64,000 nt of DNA from the NCBI GenBank assembly GCA_964247055.1, contig OZ176054.1, forward strand, positions 11,408,001 through 11,472,000. Reading direction: 5' to 3'. Of the stretch, positions 25,210 to 39,576 are shown piece after piece; position 1 is the first letter of the stretch, and every line of letters starts with the position of its first letter. A program made the position numbers and the translations under genes. The notes under the pieces were generated by a model that was not told the origin of the DNA, did no database searches, and worked only from the letters and a program-made list of their open reading frames with translations. Source of the DNA: Paragordius varius (lineage: Eukaryota > Animalia > Nematomorpha).

Positions 25210-27199
25210 ATATATTAAATATAAATATAACATCAATATTTCGCCTTCAACAAAAATTTTAACCTTATATAAAAAATTTTTTTCGATAATTTGTAAAGCG
25301 GAATTTTTACAAAACATCTAATATATATTTCCATACAATTTGCAGAAAAAAGTCTATCGACTCAGATTTTTAATTTGGGGAATTTTTATGCCCTTAAGCC
25401 GAGATGGCGCTAAAAATATATAATCAAGATTTTCGGGTAAAAAATTCGTTAATTATCTTTTTTTCTGATCGAAATATATGGAAAATATATTTATATTTAT
25501 AATGGCTGTTGGCACAAATTATCGAAATATTTATTTTTTATATAAGGCGTAATTTTGGAGGCGATATATCAATCTTTTACCTCATATTAATAAGGTTTTA
25601 TGATTCATATTTATCGACAAAGTCCGATTGTTAGCTAATATTCTAAATCTCTGGAGCCCTCATAAAAATGTAAAATCATTGTGTATTATATATTGGAATT
25701 ATTTTTATGCTATATTAAAACAAATATAATTTAGTTAGCACGTTTTCTTCTATAATTAATTTTATTTGACATAATATGCGAAAAAATGCGATTTTTGATC
25801 TAATAACAAAAAAATTGAATTATTTTTTAGTATAAAGCATATATCATTTCGATATTCATTATCATGAAGATTTTTGCTAGCGAATGATATAAGATTCATT
25901 AACCTTTATTTTTTAAACCCCATTTTCGCCGCACAGTGCTATGCTTGAATTTAGCTAACATCTTATTTGGGTAGATTTTTTAGTAATCTTTATAACATTT
26001 TTTAACAATAATTAAACATTATATTTTGTAGGATTCATAAAAAAGGTTTTTATTGGTTTCTACTTATACACGCGCCTCATGCTTCTATAGGGAAAATTTT
26101 AGTGTTCCGGCTGTTTTTTTCGAATAAAACGCTTTTTATGAATAGTATTTTATTTCAATCATTTTTTCACTTTTTTGTCCTAGTTTACATTTTGGCAGAG
26201 CTAAATTTTGTAAATAAACTACAGTTAAAATTATTTTATCAAAATTTAATTATCAACATTGTTCTCATGTATTAAATAAAAGTGCTTATATTTTTTACAG
26301 TTTCGTGACTTCTGAAATCAAAAATTAGCACAGCTCTAAAACACGATTAAAACGAACATCTGATATAAACACAAATATATATCAAATTTTGCTGGTAAAA
26401 TATAGCAAGAAAGCTTTTTAAAGTTAATTTACATCTACTAACCATATATATTTTTTTGCCGGTTGCATTATCGTTTTCAAAAAAATGGCGGCAAAAAATA
26501 AAAGATTTTTTACAATATTATATTTTTAAAAACATTTTTTGTATGCGCCTATTAGACCAAAGAAAGCATATTTTTAAATTCGGCTTTACACCTTATATAT
26601 TTTTTAACACATTCAAATTTCTCGCTCTGGGATATAAAACTGCCCCAAAAAATGGTGTGTTTAGCATGTTTTCTATTATTTAATCGAAACTCTGTGATAT
26701 TTATGGGAATATAATATATGAATTATAACTTTTATTGAATAATATGGTAGTAAGCTTTTCATAAACCTATTATTCCTTTCATTTATAAAAATATAAAGAG
26801 AAAAATAGGCCAGGTAAATTGTATATTATATTTTATAAAAGATTGTACAAGTTTTTCTACAATAGATTAATAAAGAAATGAGATAACACCTTAAGAAAAC
26901 TTATTAGGATTTAGGGGTGAACAGGAAATATTTGCGAACTCTAATTTTTAGTGATGACATCAAGAATATTATATTTATCATTCATTAATTAATTTTCAAA
27001 TCAGTGTAGCTTATTTTAAATCGATTGTATATTTAAGAATCTTTTGACTTCTCTAAGTAATCCGTATAATAAATCTTAACTGTGTCACTTTATCAGTAAT
27101 CGCTTTAACAGGCTAATACCCCTCTATCAAAAATAATTATTGGAAAAACTTATATATTTAACAGCTTTTCTGAAAAAAGGATAATCTTATATTTACACA

Positions 27200-28268
27200 A
27201 TGAAAATAATATATAAATATTCAATAGATAACCTTTTCAAACGAACGCATGGTCGATTCAGCATTGATTTTATGCGGATTTTTTTTACTATAACTATGTT
27301 GATTTATTTTTATTATTCTGTTTTGGCTTGGAAGAGAAAAAAAGTCCGAATGAATATGACCCGATGTGGTTTATGCACCCTAATACTATGTTACCGAATG
27401 GCCTTAGATTCAATCTATGTCCTAAATGTGGTTTTAATTGTTCCCAAAAAAAGAAATTTTTCTGTCATTTGCAAACTTTTAGCAATTAAAATTAACATGT
27501 CCAGACTCAGTTTTTTCACACATTAGTTTGTCACAAGCATCCTGACTCAAAGTGAACGTGGCCTGTTTGAAATAAGTAGTAGGAAAAGAGCTTCAAAGTG
27601 TTTTTCCTACGTGGTAAATGCTTTTTACACGATATCATCCATCATATATTTAATATGGGTAATTTGTCTTGCTCGTGCTTCAAACAAATTTGTGGTTGTG
27701 AATCAGAATGGAACTCTAAATATATCTTCACTATCCTTACTGCATAATAGTAGGCTTCTTAACGATTTCGTTTCAAAACAAGAGATAATAGATTGGTATC
27801 TGTTAATTGTCTACCTAATTACATTTGTGATCTTAATTCAATCTCTATACATTTTTGGCCGCAGATATAGCAAATTGAGTAACTTGCGTAAAAATACGCT
27901 ATTTAAACAACTTATGGAACAAAAAATATTTTACAACTTTAATACAGTCTTAATATTAGCTGCAATATCTATTGATATACCCCCAAAACCAAATGTAACT
28001 AAAACGGTTGTCCGACTTAAAAAATATCTTATAGCTAAACGGATAAATCGCAAAATATTAGTCGTATTAATTTTATACACAGGGATTTTTTTATTAATAT
28101 TTATTACTAGTTATCAGGAATCATTTGTTTATCTCTCTCTACATTTTGGATGCGAAAATGTTTGTTATGATGACCTATATGGAGCTCAAGCTACAAGCAT
28201 ATACCAACATTATGGAGATTATTTACTCTAACCAAAGAAACGGTGCAATAGGTGTGTAATGCGTTTAA
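27200..28268 (+). pseudogene. Intronless divergent class A-like 7TM receptor, copy 1 (in-frame TAG at 27524-27526, frameshift in TM6 region, late stop)
   Basis: ORFs 27200-27526 and 27611-28231 are in the same frame. The TAG replaces the Tyr of SHYFITS seen in copy 2. The sequence is colinear with copies 2 and 3. Confidence 0.75.
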
Positions 28269-28749
28269 AATAAAATATACATTATAGTGTGTGTGTCAAA
28301 TAAATTTTCCTATTTTAATATTTTTTAGCTAATTTAAAAAAATATCGGTTAAAATGCGTCTAGAAAATTAACAGATTTGAAGTCAGTTATGATCAATTTT
28401 TTATTAATAACACTAGTCGACAAATTTCGACATTTTTGAGCACCACCACTCAATTTAAATTAGACTTATTTCATTTTTCTAAACCGAATCTGAAATTTTT
28501 TTCCCCCAATCAGAATTTTGAGATAATATAGGTTTATCAATTTTTCAAAAACACGAGAACATCGAGAGAAAATTAAATATAACTTTATAATAAAAAGTTA
28601 TAATATTATAAAATTAATATTATTTAATAAAACGTTTTAATTATTTTTTGAATATAAATATGTCATTTAAATATCAGGGGCAAAAAAATAGTACGGATAT
28701 AAACGTCAAAATTTAGTCTTTTTTTAATATTAAACACGGATAAATTAAA

Positions 28750-30300
28750 TTATAAAAATACTAAAAGAGGCATTCTATGGTTTAAACCTTCGGCTAGATA
28801 GCCTATATTTATTTTGTTAGTTTTTATTTAGAGTACTTAGTAGGGTGTTTTTTTCTTCGGATTCTTACAAAAATCCTCTATTTCCTAGTGGATATTATTT
28901 ATTTTTTAAAATGATTGGTTGCCCTGTATTTTGAATTTTAGATGTGTTGGGTAGCCACTTTTAGTAGAAATACTGTTGTGGGATTGGACCATTTGTATTT
29001 ACCTATCTTCGATTTAATGGTAGAATTTATCTAACTTTATTCTGTGAATTGGTTAATTTGACATGTTAATTTGCCTGGATTTTGCTTGCAGGTCTCTCCT
29101 ATCAGGCTCTACGATTACTAATTGTTACATATATGGCATAATTATAGGATCGTGGGGGAAAAGTTGCAGAGCTTGTGCACATAAGCCCTTTTGGATATTT
29201 AATACTTTTGCTCTTAGCTTGTTTGGTATCTCATTGTATTTAATGCCTAGAATTTTGTTATTCATGCAAATTTTTTTGTACAAATTTTAGTATCTATAAT
29301 TATTCATAATATTTTCATTTTCCGTTTAGCTACAAATTTAATGAATATTTATTTATTGTATATAAAATAATAATTTAGGATTAAAATTCCAAATAAATTA
29401 AGAAATATTGTTTCGCGAGTTTTAGCTTCAAATCATTTTATATCCTGGTGCATTTTCTCGCCAATTTGATCGGTAATGCAATTAAACGGAAATCTTTTAA
29501 TGTTCATCTATTATGTGTAGCTTTTTAATCATTACAGCCTAGATTTTATAAAATAATATACCCATCCGATGACAACTTTCTACAAGCTCCTGGCCTAAAT
29601 ATTAAAAAATATATTATACCCCAGTGTTAAATTTTTTAAACCTTCAAAAGCTTATTTTTCTCAGATAATAGGTTTATAAAGAAGTTATTTTGAAAAAAAT
29701 TTTTGATTAAACGCCCATTAGCTATCCCAGCCTCAGCTTTGGCTTTACCGAGTTTATGATAATTTGAAAGTAAATGAATGAGGCTAAATCTTTCTGGAGA
29801 TTTTTTATGAATAAGCAGCATTTTTAGGCAGTTTATTTTAAATATAAAAATCAACGGCATTTCAAATAAAGTTTATTTAACGAATCACCAATAACATTTT
29901 CTGTAGAGTCTTCGTTGGGATCCATGCTCTGTCATTATTAATTATGGTATCAAAATATTTAAAAAGTTTTTCAGGATTAATATTGATATTCAAGTTATTT
30001 TTCTTGAAATATATTTACCACAACAGATGCAAATTTGGATCATTTTTTCATTTTCGAACTAAAATTATATGAGAATACCTGGATCTGGAATGTTACTTGC
30101 ATCGACTTGCTCGTTTAAATATTTAAACATATATACACGAGGAATGATTGTTTTTTTTAAATTAAATACAAAATTATTAAATTTTGGAAAAATTCTATTG
30201 GTAACCTTAATTTTTTTTGTTTTGATCTTTCCATGCCATTATGTATCAGAAAATGCAAAAAATGGGGTGTGCAAAACCTTGTTGAGCAGTGTAAATCAAA
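28750..30300 (-). mobile_element. Highly degraded LINE (RT and 3' region) fragment
   Basis: The minus strand gives remnants resembling YRPISLL..K..E..I.NRL (SPERFSLIHLLSNYHKLGKAKAEAGIANGRLIK), a decayed FLD..KAFDKV.H motif and KILWIIIDTK. There are many stops, and boundaries are approximate. Confidence 0.4.
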
Positions 30301-30370
30301 TTAGTTATATTTTTGTAAAATTAATAATTGTAAAAAACATCCTATTATAGTTAATATTTTAGAGAAATTA

Positions 30371-33056
30371 CCCATGTTCGGGTAAGTATTAATTACGTCC
30401 TTATGCTTACATCCGTATGCTTAAATCGTTATGACGTCTTTATGCTTATATTTTTGAATAAAAATCATTTCATCATAAGTCTGCTCCAAGTAGACTTATT
30501 AAAATTTCAAAGTGGCATAACTTTAAAAATATTGCGAATTTTCGATTGGAGGATAGAGAGCAAAATATATTTAACAAATAATATATGGGTTTGAGTAATG
30601 TTGCTTCAATCTTTGGCATTAAAAGGGAACACTACACAACCCCTGTTAAAAAATAGATAAATCCTATGCATGCAAAATCAAAAGATTTTTGAAGAAATTG
30701 GTAGGCATTTTATCCAACTATATTTTTTAAATTTTTTTGAATTATCAAAATTGAAATAGTTGCATACTTCGTGAAATAAAAAATCTACCAAGTTTTTGAA
30801 TTTTTTGAATTATTTAAATTGGAGTACAGAAAATCTGTAATGATACAAATAATTTATAGGTTTAAGAAATCCCATCGATCTCATACACATCTTAGTAAAC
30901 TAAACCGCTTCGAAAAATATAACCGGAACACACATGTAAAATCCAAAGTTTTTAGAAAGTGTGCAAATGATTTAACTATATTTTTAAGATTTTGATGTCA
31001 TGGCGTTTAAAATATCTGCGCACTTTAGGCATTTTAAGGATGAAGCATTGAAGAATCTCCCCATTTTATTGGTAAAATATTTATTATTAGATGTATAAAA
31101 ATAATATTTATTGAGAATAAATATATGATATTTGGAATTTAATATATCGTTTTTTAGATCTTGCAGCGTCAAAAAATTATTTCAATCCACAGTACACAAA
31201 ATCGGAGGCTCTAAAAATATCCTAATATATCAAATATATTGCATATTAGGAATATCATGGTGATTTTGGTTTTAAGTCTAACGAATAATTCAGAGTTATA
31301 TTTAATTTTGTGGTGATTGTTCCTTATCGAAAAGTTGCAAGTTAGGCAAATATATAAATTTATTTTGGTGAGAGATAAATGCTTTCCTTATAAAAATATC
31401 ATTAATGAACTATATTTAAAAACCAAAATGAAGTAAAAAATTTTAAGCGTAGACTCCAAAAATCATAAATTTTTAGACCCCTAAATATTTCCATGAATTT
31501 TAAGCAAAAGCTAATCAAAATTTTGAGGTGATAGAAATGTTAAGCATCATCAAATTATATATAAAAGGTGTTTTTTATATATTAAAGCAGCATAAAATAC
31601 GATAAAAATTGCCAAAATTTAAGAAAAAAAATCTGTTAAATTGTCAAATTCTAGTATGTGTTATAATGGTAACTGACAGGCTAATTTGAATGAATCTTTT
31701 ATTATACCATTTAACCGCACGAACAACATCTGTTATATATTATTATATTAACCTCGTAAATTATGTTTGTAGTTTTATTATATTATTATAACCTCACCAC
31801 CTCGTGTGACTTTTATTATTATACCTTAAATTAATTGTATAAAAACAAACATCTGACTTTGATATATGTGGATACCTAATTATATTGGATATATATATAG
31901 ATAGATCATTATATACCAACGAACATATATACAATAAATTATCCTTTTACCGTTATTGACGTTACTTGTAATCTCCATTTATTATTGGTGCCCAAGCCTA
32001 CGCTTAAAATTATAAATTGTTTGGTTTATATGTAATGTCATAATATTATGATATTTTTAAAGAGAGGCATTACCAAAAAAATTTATAAATTTATCTACTT
32101 TTCGATAAGGAACAAACAAAATATTTGATAGACTTAAAACCAAAAGCATCATGATATTCCTAATATGCTATTCGCTCAGAATATATTTGATATATTAGGA
32201 TATTTTTAGAGCCTCCGATTTTGTGTACTGTGGATTGAAATAATTTTTTGACGCTGCAAGATCTAAAAAACGATATATTAAATTCCAAATATTATATATT
32301 TATTCTCAATAAATATTATTTTTATACATCTAATAATAAATATTTTATAATGGGGAGATTCTTCAATGCTTCATCCTCAAAATACAAAAGTGCGCAGATA
32401 TTTTAATCGCCATGACATCAAAATCTAAAAAATATAGTTAAATCATTTGCACACCTTCTAAAAAACTTTGGATTTTACATGTGTATTCCAGATTATTTAT
32501 GAAGCGGTTTAGTTAACTAAGATGTGTATGACGGAGCGATTTCTAAAACTTTTAAATTATTTGTAATATATACAGATTTTCTGTCCTCCAATTTAAAAAA
32601 TTCAAAAACTGGGTAGATTATTTTATTTCACGAAGTATGCAAATATTTCAATTTTGTTAACTCAAAAAAATCTAAAAAATATAGTTGGATAAAATGCGTA
32701 CCTATTTCTTCAAAAAACTTTTGATTTTGCATGCATGTTTTAGGATTTATTATTTTTTAACAGGGGTTGTGTAAACCCCTTTTAATGCCAAAGATTGAAG
32801 CAACATTACTCAAACCTATATATTATTGGTTAAATATACTTTACTTTCTATCCTCCAAGTTACAAATTCAAAAATTCACAATATTTTTAAAGTTATGCCA
32901 CTTTGAAATTTTAATAAGTCTACTAGGAGCAGACTTATGATGAATGTATGATTTTTATTCAAAAATGTAAGCAAAAGGACGTAATCATAAGGATTTAAGC
33001 ATAAGGATGTAAGCATTTTATGCATAAGGACTACGTAATAATTACCCGAACATCGG
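30371..33056. mobile_element. ~2.7-kb foldback element with ~950-bp inverted arms and a non-coding spacer
   Basis: The left end CCCATGTTCGGGTAAG matches the reverse complement of the right end (CCGATGTTCGGGTAAT). The arms match inward to ~31335/~32095 (ttccttatcgaaaagt vs acttttcgataaggaa). Near-identical ORF-track peptides occur on opposite strands (30403 + and 32876 -). Confidence 0.8.
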
Positions 33057-33339
33057 TCAATATATATGGACCAAAATATCAATTTTGTGTATATTTGACT
33101 GATTCCTTTTTAAATTGGGAGTATCCAACACTTATGCCTACCCGGGTCGTATTACAAAATATATCTATTCAATAAATTTAACATATATCAAACACAGCAC
33201 AAAAATGAAATTATAGAACCGATATATGGACTAATTATTTAATTTTTGTTATTTCACTGGAACATTTTGAACATATTGAATTTCATATTAAATTAGGTGA
33301 GATCCTAATGTAAATATATTCACGGTTTTCGCATATATA

Positions 33340-34790
33340 AAAATAACAAGAATGTCATGACCTAGGTCTAAATCTGATTTATTTTTTAATGAGAATAAAT
33401 AATGTCCAAAAAAATACCCTGTTGAAATATTATTCTGATAGATAAATATATCATGATTATTATGCTAGTCTTGGATTTTACAAAGGGAAGTTCTCCATAT
33501 CAGAAAATAAAAAAATTTACGCTTATTTATTTCTTTTGGTGCCATAACTATATATCACAAACCTTTTTCTTGCACGAAAAAAAATTCAGCAATATGTGTG
33601 CAAATCTTGGCACTTATGTGGAGTGGTTACCACAAAAATGTTTACAACTTTCTTTCACTCGTAACCAAAGGCACCATGATGATTCTGATATATTTTTTTT
33701 GAGAATATATATATGAATTTTAAATAAATAATTTTAATATTAACAAAGAGTAGTTAAAAAAAGCTGTTTTTTTCAAAATTATTTTCAGAAAAACGTTGTA
33801 GCTTACTTCATACAATTTAAGCCTAATGGAGACGGTATATAAATGCTTAAAGATGCTAGAATATAATCAGATTATTTAGAATATATTCGTTTGTGTTTAA
33901 ATTTATGGTAAACATAGAGTTTTTTTACAAAAATTACTCAAAATTTTAAAGGCAAACAATTTTTTTATTAAATAAAGGATAGAAATGTTCAGCATCCTAA
34001 AATGTTTAATGTATTTTCATTCATCCCTAAAATGAAAATAAATATTACATTATATGAATAGGAATCCGTTAGAAACCGGAGCTAAAAAACCGACTGACTA
34101 CAATAATGTTTTTTTAAACCCGCCATAAATTTCCCATCTTCTAATTTCCCTTTCTTGACAATATTATTAACTATATATCATTTTCAATCGAACACATAAA
34201 CATACACCATAAACATTTTGAATTATAGTGTTATTCATATTTAAGCGCAACTATGAAAAGGGTTAATTAAGAGTAAATAAACATTTTTTAAGAGAATGAA
34301 AGGTTAAAAATGCCGTTGTGTTTGGTACATTTATGCCTTTTTGCCAAGGTGTCAATACAACATTTCTATCCATTTCTATTAAAAGAACCGTAATTGAACG
34401 CCCCTTAATATAACTGTGAAATTACACCACTAGCTCTTTTTTTCAAACACCAGGTTATTAAAGGATCTGTTGAAAGACACATAATTGAGTAAATTTATTA
34501 TAATTTTTTGGTTAAACGGGGTCTGCAATGGAAACATGAATGGAAAAAAATTGGATTGTAATTGATGATTGCTTAAACTTTATCATAGGTATAGTGATAC
34601 GTGGACGCATTTAAAGTTTTTGAAGTTTTGGCTCCTTGGGGAAAAACGGAGGGAATTAAAAATCCTGGATCGGAAGAATATTTTTTCGGATTTATCATCA
34701 CTTTGTACACTACTATTATAATAATCTAAATAGATATGATAATGCCAGTTGTATAATTTTTATATTGATTATTGTACTACTTTTGAATCC
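33340..34790 (+). repeat. Segmental duplication block A, truncated copy, including a decayed terminal exon of the unknown membrane-protein gene (~34500-34760, - strand)
   Basis: Colinear with 8650-10700 and 46540-48300 (e.g. ggatctgttga.agacac, atggaaacatg..tggaaaaaa, aaatcctggatcggaagaatatttttcgga). Confidence 0.8.
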
Positions 34791-34819
34791 TTATGTACTT
34801 TATAATTAGCACTCATGTA

Positions 34820-35301
34820 AAATTCCAAAATAAAAGAGTATAAATTTTTTTGTACATTAAAATATGAAAAAAATGAAAATATAAAAAACATTTTTTTTTG
34901 ATATTGAAATATAAGTTTTTTACTGAATAAAATATGAATATTTAAAATTTATTAGTGAATTCTAGTAAATATTAAAAAATATTTAATATAGTTTCATGAA
35001 AATTTTTTTTCTTTAAATTGTGATTAGAAAATGCCATCTTTTTAGCTGAAATTATAAAAACTCTAACTATAACAGGTTTAGGCTATTTATTTATTGAAAA
35101 TATATCTTAAAGTGATAATAAACCATAATATCTCAAATAATATCATTATCTATTTTTCACTTTTTGCCTAATTTCGATTTTCTCTCAATATTTCACAAAC
35201 TAGGTTGTCAACAAATAATATTGTGCCAATTGAATTCGCTGGTCAGAAGCCACATGAAAAATTTATTTTGTTAAAAATTAACCCTCTTTCCACACAAACA
35301 G
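34820..35301. mobile_element. Right half of the 1.1-kb foldback MITE family
   Basis: Matches 17780-18246 and 18950-19429 and ends accctctttccacacaaacag. Confidence 0.65.
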
Positions 35302-35314
35302 TTTTTAATATTAC

Positions 35315-37240
35315 TTAACTTCCGATTGTTTCCGAATGGATGGAATTGCGGCTTATAATCTCAGATCTCACATTTCTGGCCATATATATAATAATATAAT
35401 TTTTCTAACCCAAATAGCAAAGCCTTCCAATTCAATCACAGAATAATTTTTCTCTGCATTCTGGCATTTTCTTGACGTGAATGCCATTGGTTTCATAATC
35501 TTATTCTCCATTTGCAAAAGTACAGCTCTAAAGCCTTATGTAGACGCATCCACTTGTATTAATGTTTGATTTATGTTATAAATGGCAGTAAAGATTCTCT
35601 TGATATTAGGTTTTTTGCTTGCTTAAATTTTGATGTTCTTGCGACATCTCCATTCCTTTTTGGATCCTGTGAGTGCATGTAGATTACTAACGTTCCTTTC
35701 TGGAAGCTGTTAGTGCATGTAGATTACTAACTTTGACATGTAAGCCAGGAATAAAACGTTTATAAAAATTAAGCAATCCCAAAAACGATCTTAAATCAGT
35801 TTTATTGGTAGGTATCGCACATTTCTTAATGGCGTCAATTTTATCTTGTACAGGACGAATTTCTTGTTTTAATAGCTCAAAACTTAGGAATTTAATAATA
35901 ATCTGAGATATGTTCTCCATCAAAGAATTGATTGTTACCCGGAAAACAGCGTACACCCTGATTTCCCATTAGTTTTTACGACGTTAACCGTAGGAGTCGC
36001 CCATTCCACATGGTCTTGTGTAGGATCAACAGGAGTCACTATCAGGTCCATCAGTCTCTGCATTTCTATTTCTACTTTACTCTGTGGTGCCAATGAAATT
36101 CGCCGTGCAGTGCGGACTTTTGGTTTGGCATCTGATCGAAACCTACAATTTAACAGGATCACTGTTGTAACAACCCAAATCCCCGTTAAAGAGTTTTGGG
36201 TCGCTTGAATACATCATCATGATCATTATTATTATTATATGTTATTTGATTAGCTTTCACGTTATCCGGTAAGGTCATGCCACAACCAATGATCCAAGGC
36301 AGCCCAAATATCAGAGATATCTCTTCTTCCGTCACAAAACATTCTAATTTCTTAGTAATGCTTCCCATTGTTACATTAACAACTGTTTTTCCCAAGAGTT
36401 TTATTGGGTTGTTTCCGTAGAAAGTTAATATGGGAGCACGTTTTAGTAACGGAGCTCCCACCGTCTTCCATACATTTTTATTAATCAGAGAAGCAACAGC
36501 TCTAATATCAAAAACCATACTGACAGCTTGGCCATTAATCGTAGCGCAAATGTTCGCTTGTGTGCCACATTTATTATAATTAGCATTTATATTATCACTA
36601 TATCGTTTTTTATGGCGACACATTGCCTGAAAATGATTTTTTTTACAATTGTGGCATTTCCGAACGCGGGACATTGTTTAGTTATATGCGATTTACCACA
36701 TTTGCCACATCCCGCTTTCATTTATTATTTTTGCCATCATTTTTTTATACTCCTGATTATTACTATTGTTATTATTATTATTACACTTATTATTATTATT
36801 ATTATTATTATTACAATTATTATTATTATTATTATTATTACAATTATTATTATTATTATTATTATTACAATTATTATTATTATTATTATTATTCGACCGA
36901 TTCTTTTAAATTATGAGGATACTGCTTGACAACGCATGGGAGGCAATATCGGCCCTTGCAAGTTCCTGAGCCAAGACCATGTCGACAATGGTGGTTAATG
37001 ACACCGCCTTCCCATCATACTTCGCATCAGGGAATCGTGAATAAAGATCTTCCAATGATTGCAAGTTGAATTCAGCCACAAAACTGTCTCTAATTCTCTC
37101 CTCCATGTTTGGAATTCAGCCTTTTCCGCCACACTCTTGCTTGCAAAAATTTCGTAAATGTTTCTCCATCATTTCTCCGCAAACCGCAAACTCAAACCTT
37201 GCAGCGAAGACAGACTTGGCGGGTGAGAAAATAATATTCG
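35315..37240 (-). mobile_element. Ty3/Gypsy LTR retrotransposon remnant (gag, protease, RT/RNase H fragments; no LTRs seen)
   Basis: gag (EERIRDSFVAEF; zinc knuckles CGKCGKSH...C and CHNCKKNHFQAMC), aspartic-protease-like MVFDIRAVASLIN, RT connection LRSFLGLLNFYKRFIP, RNase H VDAST*GFRAVLLQ...AEKNYSVIELEG. Confidence 0.85.
36756..36893. repeat. (ATT)n microsatellite with a higher-order ACA(ATT)n periodicity inside Gypsy gag
   Basis: Direct reading; it explains the poly-Ile and poly-Tyr ORFs at 36528 and 36623. Confidence 0.9.
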
Positions 37241-37704
37241 GTGAGAGATATAATTGGAAAAATATTAGTAGAATATCCAAAAAATTATTAAGATTAATGA
37301 TAACAAGCTGCGTAGTCTGAAAACTTACATGGTGTTGAGAAATAAATTTTGAATCTATCCTTCGATAGATAAAAGCTTCAGGATAATGAATATATATAAT
37401 GTATGCGATTGAAATAGTAGAAAAAAAAGATAATTTAATTTTTTCTGCCATTAGCCAAAACCAAATATCACATTTTTATTGAATATTTGGTCAAATTAAA
37501 TGCACAACTAATAAAAACGTAAAAAAATTTTATTTGATTTAATATAGCATAAGGATAATTATGAACATAAAATATATCGGCAAAGTTTCACCTTTTTTGA
37601 AGGCCCTAGAAATATTTACAAGAATATAAGCTAATTTTGGGATTAATAATCATAAAACTTGCCAATAAAAAAAGATTTTAATTTATATTAAAACATCATA
37701 TATT

Positions 37705-37926
37705 TACAAGCGTAGTTTGCATTTCTGGCGTCAGGTGCATTATAGTGTCAACCCATCCCCCTCAACCGCTGTTCAAATGTTAAGCCTATTCATAAATGGC
37801 CAATTTTTTATGCATAATTTAAAATAATAACTTGCAAATACAATTTTTGTAATAATTTGAAATTTTTCTTCAACTATAGGACCCAGTGCATTAAACCCGC
37901 TTCCTCCTTCCCTCTTGACTACGCTG
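37705..37926. mobile_element. hAT-type MITE with 8-bp TSD, paralogue of 24977-25209
   Basis: catatatt (37697-37704) | ...gcgtag...ctacgctg | catatatt (37927-37934). Confidence 0.65.
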
Positions 37927-39576
37927 CATATATTAAATCTAAATATAACTACATTATATCGCCTTTAACAAAAATTTTAGCTCTATATAAAATTTTTTTC
38001 GATATTTTGCACCAAAGCGGAATTTTTACAAAAAAAATCCAATATATATTTCCATACAATTCAATGCTTAAAAAAGTCTATCGACTCAGATTGTTAATTG
38101 GGGGAATTGTTATGTTTTAAAGACGGTAAAGCCAAGATGTCTCCAAAAATATATAATTAAGATTTTGGGGTAAAAAATTCCTTTATCTTTTTTATATAAG
38201 GCGTATTTTTGAAGGGGTCATATTGGGTGATATATATATATATCTAGAGTTTTATATATATTGGCTTTAAAAAAATTAAACCTTTTACCATATTTAATAA
38301 GGTTTTATACATATTTGACGACAAAGTCCGATTTTGTAACTAATATTCTGGGCGTAAAAATGTATAATCTTTGTTGATCATATTTTGCGTTTGGTATCCT
38401 TATGCTATTTTAACACGTTCTTTGTATATTTAATTTTATTCTAATATGCTAAAAAAATGCGAAATTTTAATTGACTAATCTTTTCTAGTTTAAGCATATA
38501 TCATTTCAATGTTCAATATCATGAAGATTTTATATGATGTGTAATTCATTAACTTTAATTATTAATCCTCTTTGCCGCACAATGTTATTCTCAAATTTAG
38601 CCAACACATTATATTTTTAATAAAAATTTTTTTATCTTTATAACAATAATTCGACATTACATTTTGTAGGATCCATAAAAAAAGGTTCTTTGGTTTCTAC
38701 CTATACCTTGCTTCCTATAGGGAAAATTTTAGTGTTTTTTTCGAATAAAACGCCTTTTACGAATGCAATTCAATTTCACTTTTTTGTCTTAGACATTTTG
38801 GTAGCTTTACAGAGCTATATTTTGTAAATAAGCGACAGTTCTGAAAATGATTTTATTAAAATTTAATTATCAACATTGTTTTATGCATTAAATAAAAAAG
38901 CTTATATATTTTTACAGTTTTGTAACGTCTAAAATCTAAAAGCGCTCCATAACATGATTGAAACGAACAGCTGATATTAAAACAAAATATTGCTCGTAAA
39001 ATATAGTAGAAAGTGTTTTAAAATTAATTTGCATCTTCTAACCATATACATTTATTTGCCGGTAGCATTCGATTTAAAAAAATATAAAAAAAATGACGGA
39101 AAAAAATGCGTAAAGGTTTTTTATACAATTTTACCCTTCTTAAAAAATATTTTGTATAATGCGCCAATAAGCGAAAGAAAGCATCTTTCAAATTCCGCTT
39201 TACACCTTAAACATTTTTAAGATATTAAAATTTTAAATTCCTCTGGGATATAAAACTGCCCCAAAAGGTTATGGTTTGTTTATTATGTTTTCTACTATTT
39301 AATCGAAACTTTGTCATATTCATGGAAATAAAATATATGGATTATATCTTTTATTAAATAATTGGGTAATAAGCTTCTCAATAAACCTATTATTCTTTTC
39401 ATTTTTTGCTTAATTAATATAAAGAAAGGGCCAGGTTATATTGTTTGTTATATTTTATGAAAGATTGTACAAAAGAAAAGTGATAACACCTTTAGAAAAC
39501 CCCTTCATAAATAATTATTGGAAAACTTATATATTTATCAGCTTTTCTGGAAATAGGATTATCTTATATTTACACA

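Noticed and set aside
36528-36929. Poly-Ile and poly-Tyr membrane-protein-like ORFs
   Set aside because: Artefacts of the (ATT)n microsatellite.
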